The notes beneath the pieces were generated by a model, which was not told where the DNA came from, did no database searches, and saw only the letters and a list, made by a program, of their open reading frames with translations. A stretch of 59,611 nt of DNA, the filler included, from Sluysia triapertura (taxonomy: Eukaryota): NCBI GenBank assembly GCA_046118255.1. It is 4 parts of 4 records of this genome, joined end to end, with 100 filler letters (N's around TTAATTAATTAA, not from the genome) between each part and the next. Parts side by side here need not be neighbours in the genome. Positions count along the whole stretch, not along the records: positions 13,425 to 26,240 come from JBJNIA010080486.1; 3 more parts are not named here. One strand, 5' to 3'. Positions 13,425 to 26,340 of this stretch are shown here, in pieces (within the stretch, counting starts at the first letter, position 1; every line of letters starts with the position of its first letter). A program made the position numbers and the translations under genes.

Positions 13425-14868
13425 CTTATTATTATCTACTAACTTTTGTAAGTAGATAATTTTTATAATTATATAATTTATTATTTATAATACACAATCT
13501 TTTTCCTATACGGTTGTGATATTAATAAATATTAGTACATTTGTAAACGATGCATTTACTAGCATTTTACAAGCATCTAAGAAACGTGATTGCACATTAA
13601 AGATATTATGTAAATTATCTATTATTCTTACAATATAATCCTAGTCTTGAATATGTAGATTTTTTGATATTGATAATTTCTTCTTATTATTTAGTAATAT
13701 TTGATAATGGATAGCATCAACATCATTGTAAGATTAGGTGAGTATTCAGAGGTGAAGATTTTTGCAGATTATCAGAAGTTGAAATATATCCATTTTTTCT
13801 TATACAAATAGGTTCTGTGATCATAATGATTATTGTTTGCGAAAATGTAATATTTTAGCCTTTGATAATTCAACTCGTACACTTCAGTGAAGGGTTAAAG
13901 TGATCTAGTGGGCACACCTTTATTTACTAACCGATCGAACCTTTTAAATCGTCTGTATCATGGGCCTTTTTGATTAATAAAAACATTATTAATTATAAAC
14001 ATAATATTCTTCGTAGATATTTCTTGATCTATATGGTTTTGGTAATTTTACATTTCTATTTTGTTTTTAACTATCTATTTCAAATTTTAATGAAAATATT
14101 TCAAATACTTTTATGCCGATTATGAGTTTAGTGACTTCATAAAATTTTCAATTTGTTTTTCTAAAGAAATTATTCTAAATGTCAAAAAGATGGCTAATAA
14201 GGGAGTAATTAAAAGTATTTTATTTTTATTATTAAATTATTTATAAATTCAATAAATAAATATATAAAAATATTCATTATTTTTTAAAATAATATACATT
14301 TATTTGCATCACATTAATATTTGATGATAAATTAAAAGATTTATGCATTTTATCTTTTATTTTCTGAATAATTAGCCATTTATATTCAAAAAAATTTCAA
14401 AATTTCTTTAACTATTCGGCACGAAATATTAATTTGATTGTTAAAATTATATCTTGCATTATAAATTATAAATGCATTATATTTTATATAATTATTTTTT
14501 GACTAACACAAAAGTTAAGGTTTATATTAGTTGTAGAATTAACAATCCGATTTCCATCACTGAACTATCAGCCTAGTCTGATAATTTATTTTCATAATTA
14601 TTTAATTGATTATTATTAAATTACTTCAGATAAAATTTCATTTTTCTTAACAGTACTTGTACAATTTAATTAAAACTAAATATAGTTTAGTTTTATATGT
14701 TAATAATTTATTTATTTTAAATCTAAATGTTTAGTAATATTTTTTAAAAAATAACTATCGATAATTTGACGGAAGTAAATTAAGAAAAACAAACTTTTAG
14801 AAGCAGCAAGAAAATTAAAATTGTTTATAAAAGATAAACATGAAATCAATAAAATTTATATTGGATTT

Positions 14869-15032
14869 NNNNNNNNNNNNNNNNNNNNNNNNNNNNNNNN
14901 NNNNNNNNNNNNNNNNNNNNNNNNNNNNNNNNNNNNNNNNNNNNNNNNNNNNNNNNNNNNNNNNNNNNNNNNNNNNNNNNNNNNNNNNNNNNNNNNNNNN
15001 NNNNNNNNNNNNNNNNNNNNNNNNNNNNNNNN
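14869..15032. other. Assembly gap
   Basis: Run of N. Confidence 0.98.
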
Positions 15033-16899
15033 ATTAATTTAACTTATTTTTTATTCAAAATATTTTTGTTTGTCATTTAATTTTCGGTATAATTTTGTAT
15101 TTTGTACTATTATAATTTTGTACTATTGTAATAATTTGTACTATTATAACATTATAATAAGATTGTAATATTTAATTTTTTTAATTGCACTAATTAATTT
15201 CTACGATACGGTCAATTTTTGTCTCTACTGAAAATGGTATATATGACCATTTTTACCTAGATATTAATTAATTGTTTTCTATATTATTGATCTGGTCATA
15301 ATACAACTTTCTTCTTGATTTGCTTGCATTTCTTATTTTATTTTTATTTTAATAAAATTTTGTTTTTCCTTCTGATACGTAACTTTTTTCTTATTAGTTA
15401 ATTAAGTGCGACAAGTTCTACTCCAAGTTTTTTTACATTGTACTTTTATTTTATTTTAATTATTTTTTTACAATTTTAATTTTTGTTAATTTATTATAAA
15501 ATTATTATTATTATTACTATTATTATAAACACATTCTTAAATAAAAATTATTATTATTAAATCGATTTATTAATCAATAAATTTTACCGTAGATGTTATA
15601 CTTTCATCTATGATTTATTCAAATGAAATAGGAAATAATTTTGTAACAGATTACCTAACTAATTATTCCGTTGATGCTATATTTTTTGAAGTGTCATCAT
15701 TAGTACACAGATGCACTACTGAGTCGCTTACAAATATGTTGAAGAAAATATATTCTAAAATACTATTCAAAAGTTTTCTTTCGAATTATTTTCGAATTAT
15801 TATTTTGCAATTTTTTCAAATTTAAATTTGTTGTTAGTTATATTTTGAATTATCTCTAAGACCAAACATTTACAAAGTTTATGTATAATTAAAAAAAATG
15901 ATAATTTATAATAATAATAATAATGTACATTCTACACATCACAAAATTAATCGAAATAATATATAATGATGTTTCTATTGATAATAATTGCATTAATGAT
16001 ATTTTTTGCAATATATAAAAAATTAATTACCAAATAAATTTAGTCTTGCAATTGAATTAGTCATAATAATACTGTGATTTTATTGTAGAAATATATCTAC
16101 TTTATATTTACAACGCTTTTTTTACAGAAATACTTATTTTATTTCCATTAATTTTTTAAATATTATTCAATATTAATACTTATTACATAATTCATTAATT
16201 AAAATTTAAATAATAAAATTTAATATAACATTTAATTAATTTTTTAATTATATTTTACAAATATTAATTTTTTATATATATTGTATAGTAATATTTTTAA
16301 AACTAAAAATAGTTTGAAAGTTTAATATAAGTAAAATGAATTAAATTTCCCATTTTAAACTTTTTTTTAAATAAGGCTATTTTTTCTTAATGTTTGTATC
16401 CTGTGCATTTTGTTAAAATATTTAATAATTATTTATAAATTATTTTATAAATTATTTAATGATAATAATAAATTTAAATTATTTTTATTATTCTTTTAAT
16501 TTTCTTTTTTTAATACACATTTTCATCCTGATCCAATTATTTCTGGAGCCCATTTGTGACACTACATTTTTCCTTGACATATTTGTATTGTTCAGGATGT
16601 TATAGTGAAATTTTCAAAGAAAATCATATTACTAAGTTTAATCCAATGTTTGTTGAATATTTTCAATAAAAATGAATATTGAAACACAAATAAAATTTAT
16701 GCAAATAAAAACGAATATAAAATAAACAAAATATGTTTATTTTATGATATTTGTTATAATTTAATTTTACCTAAAATGTATTTATTTTTCAATATTTTAA
16801 TTTGCCCACTTTTTTTCGATAATGTAAATCATTAAAACAATAACCGAATGCGCTAAAGTTTGTTGGTATCAGATTTTTAAGTTGTAAATTTATGTGTGA

Positions 16900-17800
16900 A
16901 AATATTATTGAGGTCACAATCTTAATAATTGTAAACGGGCTTATTTGAAAACCCTTACAAAGTGATATTATCAATTTAAGATTCACCTATAGTGAACGCT
17001 TTATACATACATCGAAGACGCTCCTGTATGATTTATTTTAGTATCAATATTTTAATATTCTTTGATTTTATCTTTAAGTCTAAAAAATGGTTTAGTCATG
17101 GTAAGGTAGAAATGTACAATTTTTCGAGGATATATGTTTGTTTATTTCTCTAAATATATAATTAGAAGAAAAACATCTTCGTCGTTCCTTTATTCAGATA
17201 TATGACAATTTGATCCACTATATGTACATTAACGTGGCTATAGTTCTTAAATCGTTATGTTTTCATTCGTATGTTAAATGTTGTAAACTTTAAATATGTT
17301 TTTTATTATATAAACTCTCGATTTAACCATCAAACTTAAACGAAATGTTTTTTTATATTCTAAAGCCAAAAAAACGTTACAATTTTAATGTACAAAGTTA
17401 TCAATGTATTTAGCAATCGGAATTAAAAGGTTTAATCAAAATAATCGGATATTTATAATAATAAATATAAATATTTAATTAATAAATAAATAAAAATAAA
17501 AGTCTTAATACGAAATTGATATTGTAAAATAGATTTTGAAGTTAGCCATAAAAATGATTGCAATGATTGTAGTGGTACATCTCATAATTCACACAAAAAT
17601 TAAAATATAAATAAGAGAAAACTTCGTAACGAACATTAATATTGTTTATTCTTACTTCTTCTGTTTTTTTACTCAAATATAAACATTTCTTCATTTCAAA
17701 AAACCTTAAGCGCATTAATAATATTAATAATATTATTTATAAATTAATAATATTGTTTTATTATCGTCATTTCCTTTATTTGGTTTCTTATTTAGTTTTT
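16900..17800 (-). mobile_element. LTR-like family copy, positioned as the 3' LTR of the gypsy remnant
   Basis: TTCACCTATAGTGAACGCTTTATAC..GAAGACG at ~16982 resembles TTCGCCTACGATAAACGCTTTATC..GAAGGACG at ~6238. AAAGGAAATGAC occurs on the minus strand near 17775. Confidence 0.35.
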
Positions 17801-17879
17801 ATTTCATCTTATAAATTTATTGTATCTTATAAACAATTAAGCAATAGTTATTTGTTTAAATAAATGTTTTTATAATAAA

Positions 17880-18860
17880 TTTGACAATATGGCACAAACA
17901 TTACTTCGAAAGCAGATGTATTTGATGTTTGGAAGCTATAATCAACGAGCCATGTACTCAACTCAAGAAGTACCATCAAATATGTTTTTGCACGGCACTA
18001 ATATATTTATTTTTCAAAAAGCCGAAAAACTCTCAAGCCTGTTGAATACCAAGTTATTATATTAATGAGAAGTCGATTATTTTATAACTGTGTCGTCTCA
18101 TTTAAACAAGAATCTAAATTAATAGCCATAATCGATTCGTCTTCCAAAATTAATGAAACAATTAGAAAATGTTACGGTCGACTCAAACTATCCTTTAAAA
18201 TAGAACCCTTTGGGTCATTATTTTCCATTGATCATCATATGACATTTCACGCAAATACATGTGATTACAATAAACGAATATTTTTATGGTCAACGCGCCA
18301 TACTAGAAACTTTCAATGTTAACTGTAAATGCAACTCATCATCTCCTAGTTATAACATTTGTACAGAAGACCCTGTTAGTAATTTATCCTTTTTAAAACG
18401 TGTTTTTATTTGTCTTATGAATTTTAATTTATTTTTCACTAATTATCATAATAAAGGATTACATTTTAAATTTATTTGTTTAGATATTCTAGATAATATA
18501 TTGAATATGTACGAAAATTATAAAATTAAATGTCACAATTCAAACTCATTTCAACTATACATTATAAACAATATATACTCAAACCCTTTTGTGCTTCACT
18601 CTTGATTAAGATTATGACTCATGTTTATCTCCTACATTCGCTGGCCACACTAATTATCACTTCTTGTACTATATTTATAACAGATCTCACAAATATCTTT
18701 TTATTTTTTACATTAAGGCTGTTCTAACTGATCGTTCAGTCTTCAATCCGTCAACTTCGTTCTTAACTAAGATAGGTATAAATGTTGTTAATTTTCGACC
18801 GCCAAAAATAAGCAAAAAGAAAGTCAATTTTTTGTTTCAAACAACAAAAACATATTCACT
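17880..18860 (-). mobile_element. Possible degenerate third ORF (env-like) downstream of gypsy pol
   Basis: Protein-like but disrupted minus-strand frames between integrase and the LTR-like repeat. They include a basic RVKHKR followed (with frameshift) by GL, then LHLQLTLKV and INLDSCL. Confidence 0.3.
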
Positions 18861-18899
18861 ATACATAATTTTACTAAAATGATAAAAATTACCTTAAGT

Positions 18900-20470
18900 A
18901 AGACGAACACTTGTAGCAATAAAACTTATAACTAAAACTGATTATTGGTTATTGCAGAAAAGATGGTAATGTTATAAGAGAGTTTGATATATTCCAATGA
19001 AGTTATTTCAACATTTTATTCGTCAATAAAAATTTCTTATATAGAACAATTATTATAGCTCGCGGACTTCCCTGGTTACCACTCTCAAACGCATGTAGTC
19101 AGTTATTGAAAATGTTGATGACTATTTTAACTAACAAAAGTATTGATTTAATTATTGTTTTATTATTAATTTTGGATCTAAATTAAACTAACGTAAGTAA
19201 TTTTATTATATGTAAATTTTAATATTTTTTTTCCTTTAAATTAATCGAATTATTTTTTTAACGATTAAAATAAATATTTTTGTTTTAATCTGACCAAGGC
19301 CAGTTAAATTACATACATAAATATGTATAAAACTTACAATTATCACACAGTGTTTTACGACTTTAACCAGTTTTCATAAATATTTCATTCGGAAGAAGTG
19401 CAGACTAGAGTTACATAACCATTCTACATTAAGAAGAGATTACAACCAGATTTTTCTTTTACACAGAATATTACGTTAGTTTAATATATTAAGTTTCGGA
19501 TACGATAAGTATCCCCGTAAAATCTATAACTAAATTATTGTTAAAATCTATGACAAAATTAATTCTCCGCAACATATCAAGTTTTATATTTCTTTTGTAT
19601 CATATTAAGTACATAATATAAACTATTTGAGAGTTCCTTTTTATTAATAATTAATTCCTATAGTTTTAAATATAAAATCTCTACTAAAGCAAAGTTTTCT
19701 CTTATCAGAATTTAATTTTGATATCGTAAAATCGTTTATTATAAATCCTTTTCATAGGATTTACGTAAACTACTTTTAATAATATTTTTCAGTTAATAAA
19801 ATATTGGTATTAACTTCCATTTGTTTGTAAATCTTATTAAAATACTTCCAGGAAACTAAATATTTAATTTTCGGAATTGATATTTGACAGATAGCAAAAA
19901 ATATTTGAACAATCTCACTGAATATCTTAATAAATTCGCAGACAATTTAGGTAGAACTTTAGGAAGTTATTCCCTTCTTCAGTTAAAAAACCATTTCTCT
20001 ATAAATCCAACGGCTATCCCTAACCGGTAAGCCTAGTACGTTGGTAGACTCACGTAAAAATCTTAATTTATTCTATAAGTCTATTAAATAGAAATTCTCA
20101 CACTTTATTTGTTATTGATAAACTAACTCGTTTTGATTACAACCAATACCAGAGAAAAATCATTCACTATTAGTTGAAGAGATTTATTCATATCATTGTA
20201 GCAATATAAATTAATGTGGTTTATAGCTAATTTTTTTACAGCAATTAATTTTTGTAAAACATTTTATCAACATATTCAAAAATTTATAAAACACCAATCA
20301 TATTTTACTTTTATAATTTTTAGCCAAATTTTTATTTTGTCCAATTACATTAAATTTCTCGATTTTTCTTTGGTTAATTATATTAATTACCTATATTACC
20401 TATATAAAGTACGTAATACTTTAAGTACTTTCTATTACTTCTTAATTGTGCACATGATCGTTACATAATA
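18900..20470 (-). mobile_element. Degenerate Ty3/gypsy pol (end of RT, RNase H, integrase)
   Basis: YNDMNKSLQLIVNDFS.GIGC (cf. YPDxxKPFxLxTDASxxGIG) near 20200 precedes NNLVIDFTGILIVSET (cf. VxIDFxGPLPxS) near 19530. RNase H before integrase is the gypsy-type order. Confidence 0.6.
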
Positions 20471-20569
20471 TCATTTAAATTAATAAAAATAAGCTTTATT
20501 CTTCTTTATTTCTTAGAACATCTTTAGCAGAAATAAACATATTATTTGATATTTAAGCATCATATATGA

Positions 20570-21400
20570 ATATCTGGAGTTGTGAAATGATAAAGGTTAA
20601 GGACACTATATCTAGTAAGTTTACTTGGTGCATGTGGTGTTAAATAGTCTGGTCAAAAGATGTTTAAAGAGATGATGTTATGAATTGCATTAATATTAAA
20701 GTGCATGGTACACGATGTATACAGAATTATTTAATAATTTCTATGAAATTAATTTACTCAATTATGTTATATATGATTTAATGTTATATAAATATAAACT
20801 CATCAAATTAACAGAACTGGAAAATAAATTCAAAAATATTAAAAATATTTAAAAACACAATGAAATTGGAGCAAGAATAAAATTAGGATTTGTTGCATTT
20901 ATTTCAAAAATAAGAAAACCGATAATATTAGACATAAATATCGAAGCAAATCCAGTACTATTGGTGGTAATAAAATGTATTTGAATGTTGTATCAATAAC
21001 ATGTTTACTATGATCATATATAAGTAATCTTAAACAGAAACCAAAACTGATACAAGTAAATAAGAATAAGTTTGATTCAAGTAAGTATTGAATTATATTA
21101 TTATATCGAAAATGTCAAAAGATACTTGTATAATTGTTATATAATCTTTTGGATCACCCATCGTACATGATAAATTAAATTTTAATTCACGATCATAAAA
21201 TTCAATAAAATGTAGTTTTCAACAAACGGTATATTCGATCAAAAAGTAATGATACAACGGAAGTACGAGTAAATGGTAAATCAATTAAATGGTATTTCAA
21301 TTAAAACAAGTGAAATAACTATTGAAATAATTCTCGTACGTTCACTTGTACTATCTAAGTAATATGTGCAATACATTAAACCATTTAGCATATAATAATA
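20570..21400 (+). mobile_element. Possible LINE ORF1 remnant with PHD-like finger
   Basis: Frameshifted GACGVK...DVMNC...C.WY(H) cysteine pattern; weak. Confidence 0.25.
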
Positions 21401-21642
21401 ATCATATTTATAACAAAATCGTTAAAAATTACTCGCAGTAACAGTAATAATAATTACTATTATTTTCTAATAAATAATAATAATAAAATATAAGTAAAAT
21501 AATATTAATAATAATAATAAAATAAAACATGTAGTGCCACTATTCTGCAAATGTATGACGTACAAGTAAAATGTTTTGAATGACTATATAAATTTCTATA
21601 TAACTTTGATGGGAAAGTGTTTGGTTTTGTATTTTAACTTAC

Positions 21643-22266
21643 AGAGTTGCCTTATATTGAGAAGAATTGTGGCAATCAGAAAACCATGATTCAGAATTAG
21701 TTGATTGGGTTTTATTTCTTGTTCATTTCTGATAGATAAACTTGGATGTTACAAATGAAAATAATGTAAAATACTTTTGTCTTAACTTTTTGTAACAACC
21801 AAGGTGGAGTTAAATTACATTGTTTGTTAGCAGAAATATAATCATTATGATTATGTTACTTCCATTATTGTGAATAGATGAGTGAGAAACATATTTGGGA
21901 AAAGTGTTGTTACTAGCATCATTCTTGTTTCGATTACCCGGCAAAATCGAAAATAATTTCTGATAAGGTGACTCATATGATGACTTGAATGAAGATGACA
22001 TATTCTTTGGTAATTTATCTTTTTTTAGCAACATCAGGTTCATTTGTAGAACATTTTAGTGCATTAGTTTATTGTACTAAAAGTTCTGGATTAGATGTAG
22101 AACCACACCTAGAAAACCCTTGTGAAAGTCGATGATGATGTAAAAAACTAATATGATTGAGTTGCTTAATTATTAGAAATGAGACATTATGAATATTTGG
22201 CATTGGCTTAATGAGAATTCGATTCAGAACAAAATGTAATGTGTCACTTTTTGTGTGAGGAAACAT
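21643..22266 (-). pseudogene. Disrupted Ser/Asn-rich exon of unknown gene
   Basis: Consecutive protein-like frames (ORFs 22069-22266 and 21810-22043, then CNLTPPWLLQK..NSESWFSDCHNSSQYKAT) end at a GTAAGT donor near 21642. Stops and frameshifts lie between them. Confidence 0.35.
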
Positions 22267-23495
22267 TTAAATTATTTAATTGACACACTTGACAACAATG
22301 TCAAATTTAATTCAGTAAAATCCGAACCTTTTAAATATTTATTAAACTTCCGGAGCTTCCACTAAATATTTACATGCAATAGTGATAATAATGTGGCCGA
22401 ACAAATGTACTGGATAAGAGAAGGCTGGGTGTAAGATATGTAGTTTTAAAAGAATTACTGCTTAGAGTCGGATGTATATGTTAAAGTATTGATGGTGGTA
22501 ATGAAGACATTAAAGAGATTCCAAATTTAACTTATAAAAAGAGGAATAATAGGAATAAAAACAGAAGAAAAGAAAATTAACAAAATACAATTTAATAAAA
22601 TAATAGCAATTTAAACAACAATGATACAATGATAACAATTTTAATAATAATATAGAATTTTAGTTTACAGCTGTGTGTAATTGTTGAAATCAATATTATT
22701 ACCATTATTTTGATTGTTGTTGTAAAGATATGTTAAATTTGCGTTGTATCATCTAGTAATTATTGTTTCTGTTTTATGTATAATGTTTGTTGATTTGATA
22801 TTTTGTGTTAGATCGTGTTGAAGTTAAGATTTTACTTGGATTGTGTTGATATTTATCTATGTTTATGTTTATGATTATGTTTTGGTTTTGAGCTAACCCG
22901 AGAGCGTTTTAAAGTAACTCGGACAAGTATGCAACGATTAAACGAATAAAATCTTTATTAAGTGTGAGGAAGGTAACAATCATCTAAACAATCATTTAAA
23001 AAAATGAAAACAGTGTCAAAAAGTTGTAATTACCAAATTTCAGAAATCAAAAAAGCATACAGCACGATATTATTCCCTAAAAATGTGCAAAAATATTAAC
23101 CGGAATAATTGATGTCGATTTAGCAAAAAACTATTCATACTCCAAATTCCGAATTATTATAAACATAAACATTTTGAACAATCATCAAAACATACAATGG
23201 CAAATTTTTATGGTAATTACCTGTGCAAAATATATTTTAAATGAATTAAGCTACGCAACTTTAGGACGTTTGAAATAGTAGTTAAGGTACTTTGGAAACT
23301 AAAACGACTGAGTTAATGCTAGTAATCCTTTAGCATTAAAACTTATTTATTACCTTTATTTTTACTATGACACCTATTTCCAAAACAAAAGGCAACAAAA
23401 ACATTATGAATTTTTACAAAATTTAGAAATTTGGTCTACCAAAATCTTTAAAAATTAACATTAAGAAAATACTTTGCATCTTAAACAAGAATACC

Positions 23496-23899
23496 TCACT
23501 TTGTGCCAGTTCATTCTTTTTAGCCTTTAATAGTTTAGAAACATCATGACGCATTACATTCAATTATTTTTCAATTTCAAGATTATATTCATCAGCATTT
23601 GATAGATTTTTCTCACAATCATCATTTTGTTCATTTGATGTGATCACTCGCCAAACCGATCATATGGCACCAACTACATCTTTGTAATATAATTCTTTCT
23701 TCGTTAAACGAATATATTAGAACAACTAAGGCATAATTTGTATCAAATTCCCGATGAAGTAATTTTGAACTCAAATGAAGTGATTTCGTATTTGTTGTTA
23801 ATCCATCTAACATAGTAGAAGTACCACAATCACATCTTTTAAGTTGGAATGACTTTTGATTAAAATGTTTTAAAACACGCATCTCATGCGATTGTAATC
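23496..23899 (-). pseudogene. Disrupted exon of unknown gene
   Basis: Acceptor TTTTACTAG near 23900 and donor GAG|GTATTC near 23495. Two overlapping protein-like frames contain stops (..ELYYKDVVGAI*SVWRVI..DVSKLLKAKKNELAQSE). Confidence 0.35.
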
Positions 23900-24049
23900 T
23901 AGTAAAATATTTCTTTTTAAGTATTTAAGATAATATATTTAAGATGATTTACAAATGCTTCTTCTTCCTTTTGTCTGTTATATCTATCTCCCTTTTCATC
24001 ATCATCGTCACCATATAATTTTATTCTAGAAAATTTATTAATAAACCCA

Positions 24050-25301
24050 TCTTTATTATAATGACTCTTAGTGCATTCCACCGCTCTCATATAATTTTCT
24101 TCTTCATAATCATAATCTTCGTATGTCCCTTCGTCGTAATCATTGTGACCGTTTTGTTTTTTATAATTACAATTTATTTTTCACTTACTTTTCACTTACC
24201 TTCGTTAAACCTTACCTTTCTATCTGAATTTGGGTCTCTCATATATTCTTGCATTTCTGTGAGATTTTGGTTGAAATTATCAGATCATAACTTCCTACAA
24301 TTCCTAACATCCTGACCTTCCTTACCACAGTGACCACATTCCTTTCTATGTTTGTCTGAGTCTTACAGTTACTTAACAGGCTCTTATTTCTAATATTATT
24401 ACTATCATTTTGTCTATTAAAATTTTCGCCAACATAATTCGGCTATCTCGATCTTTGCTCATAATTTTTAGACTAGTTTTATTCTTACCATTTTTAAAAC
24501 CATTATGTCCTCTAATCGTCTAATAGTGATTTTCTCCTCTATAATTAAAATTAGTTAAATTCCATGAGGATTACTGTACCTTAATATAAAGTTCATTCTA
24601 AGGTTATTTTCTCTATTAAAATTATGACTTCTATTACTTCCTCTAATATATCTAATTATCATGTCCAACATTAAAATTAGAATTTTTATGTTCATCTTTG
24701 GGATACTCAATGTTTATAATTAACTTCATTATTAAATACATAACTTAAACTATCTTTTATACTATCTTGTCTCTCGATGCCCGTTAATTTCTTAACAATG
24801 TCCTTAAAAGGTAAATTATCAATTAAACTTACTAACTCCGAGCGTAAACCATTTTTAATTATCAACTAAAACATTTTCTTTTTTATCATCTGGAATTTTA
24901 GCTCTAGCCACTAGACTTTACTGAACTTGCAAATTCATACACAGTTTCATTAATCTTTTGCTTTCTGTATTAAGCATCTTAGCTTGGTACTTAAATATAT
25001 AATCGAGAGCTACTTCTTCAGTAAAAGCGTTGATAAATTCTTGCTAACTTTGCTTATAAATATTATCAATTTCCTTATAAGTCTGGATTGCAACTCCAGT
25101 TAAATAGTTTTGTGTACGTTTAATTTTCTCGGCCTCTTTCCAGTTATTTGCCTATGCAATACTATCGTACTCGCAGAGGAAATCACAAAGATCTTCCTTT
25201 GCTACATTAAAGTTTCTTAATTCAAGAACTGTCATTGTAGGCCTAATATCCTTAGAAAATTGAGGCATACAGTCTCGAAATTCTTTTGCAGGTAAAGACA
25301 T
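24050..25301 (-). mobile_element. Degenerate Ty3/gypsy-type gag
   Basis: From the ATG at 25301: ..DFLCEYDSIA*ANNWKEAEKIKRTQNYLTGVA..RKQKINETVYEFA..KNGLRSEL (retrotransposon gag pattern). A zinc knuckle CGHCGKEG(Q)DVRNC lies at ~24298-24339. Confidence 0.8.
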
Positions 25302-26240
25302 TTTATGAGATTAAAAAGAGTGAATTATTCTAAGCTTTTTCTTTTCCTTAGTAAATTCAATTAAACTTTGTCTATCTATAGTAAAACTTGAATGAAACTT
25401 ATAACTTATCAACAATAAAAATAAACTTAATAACTTATACAAAATCAAATAATAATTCAACAGAAACAAACTTTACTTAACTTAAAATTGAAATTAAATA
25501 TCTTAAACTTAAATCGAAAAATTTAATAAAATTCAATTAAGCTCAACTTAAAAATGTTAACAATTACAAATCAAAATCTTGTAACACTTAATCGAGGAAA
25601 CTTTTATCAATAAAAACTTAAAATTAGCAAATATAAAATAAACTAGTAACTGAAATCGAACTTATAACGTACATAACTTATCAAATAAACTAGAAAACTT
25701 AAACATCTTTTCAAAGTTAATGTAAAACTCATCAGGATACTGTTAAAAAGCTTTTAAATATCTTAAAAAATATCAAAAAACTTGTTAATCTATATTTATT
25801 AAATTGTAAATAATCTTATCTTAAAAATAGTTGTATAAAGAATTTTGTAAATAATTTTAAAAATAATATCTGTATAAAAATAAAATAAATTATCTGTATA
25901 AAAATAAAATAAATTTGTAAATAATTTTAATAAAAATAAAATTTTAAAAAATTAATAAAATTTAGTTTCTTAATTAGTACATAATTAGTTTATTCATTTA
26001 TTTTAAAACATCAATCATATTTTGAAAAAACGGAAAAATATTTATAAATAATATTCAATCATAAAGGAAGTTTATTTTAATATTTAATATTTAAAGGAAG
26101 TTTGAATAATTATCGGATATTATGTTTATTATGAAAATTAAATCAAATATTAAATATTTATACAAAAAGGAAATAACAAAACGTATATAAAGAAAGCTTA
26201 CAAATAAACTTAGAACGTAATTTTTTGAATAGTCATAAAG

Positions 26241-26340
26241 NNNNNNNNNNNNNNNNNNNNNNNNNNNNNNNNNNNNNNNNNNNNTTAATTAATTAANNNN
26301 NNNNNNNNNNNNNNNNNNNNNNNNNNNNNNNNNNNNNNNN
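26241..26340. other. Assembly gap with synthetic linker
   Basis: 44 N + TTAATTAATTAA + 44 N. Confidence 0.97.

Larger units (their letters stand above)
9693..15825 (+). pseudogene. Decayed multi-exon M1 aminopeptidase (aminopeptidase N/ERAP-like) remnant
   Basis: Collinear pieces, several with AG/GT borders: 9693-9760 LLDIGVKIL; ~9890-9975 PNAAG../GFLIITH..FVEEETT; ~10435-10510 SQDEFYTG*ILFIIKY; ~10864-10877 QVG(Y)Y|GTAAGT; 11764-11951 RITLL......GFQC; 15593 onward SNEIGNNFVTDYL...VHRCTTES (ERAP1-C-like). Many stops, and no HEXXH motif was found. Confidence 0.4.

Noticed and set aside
14821-15042. ORFs of X residues
   Set aside because: They span an N gap.
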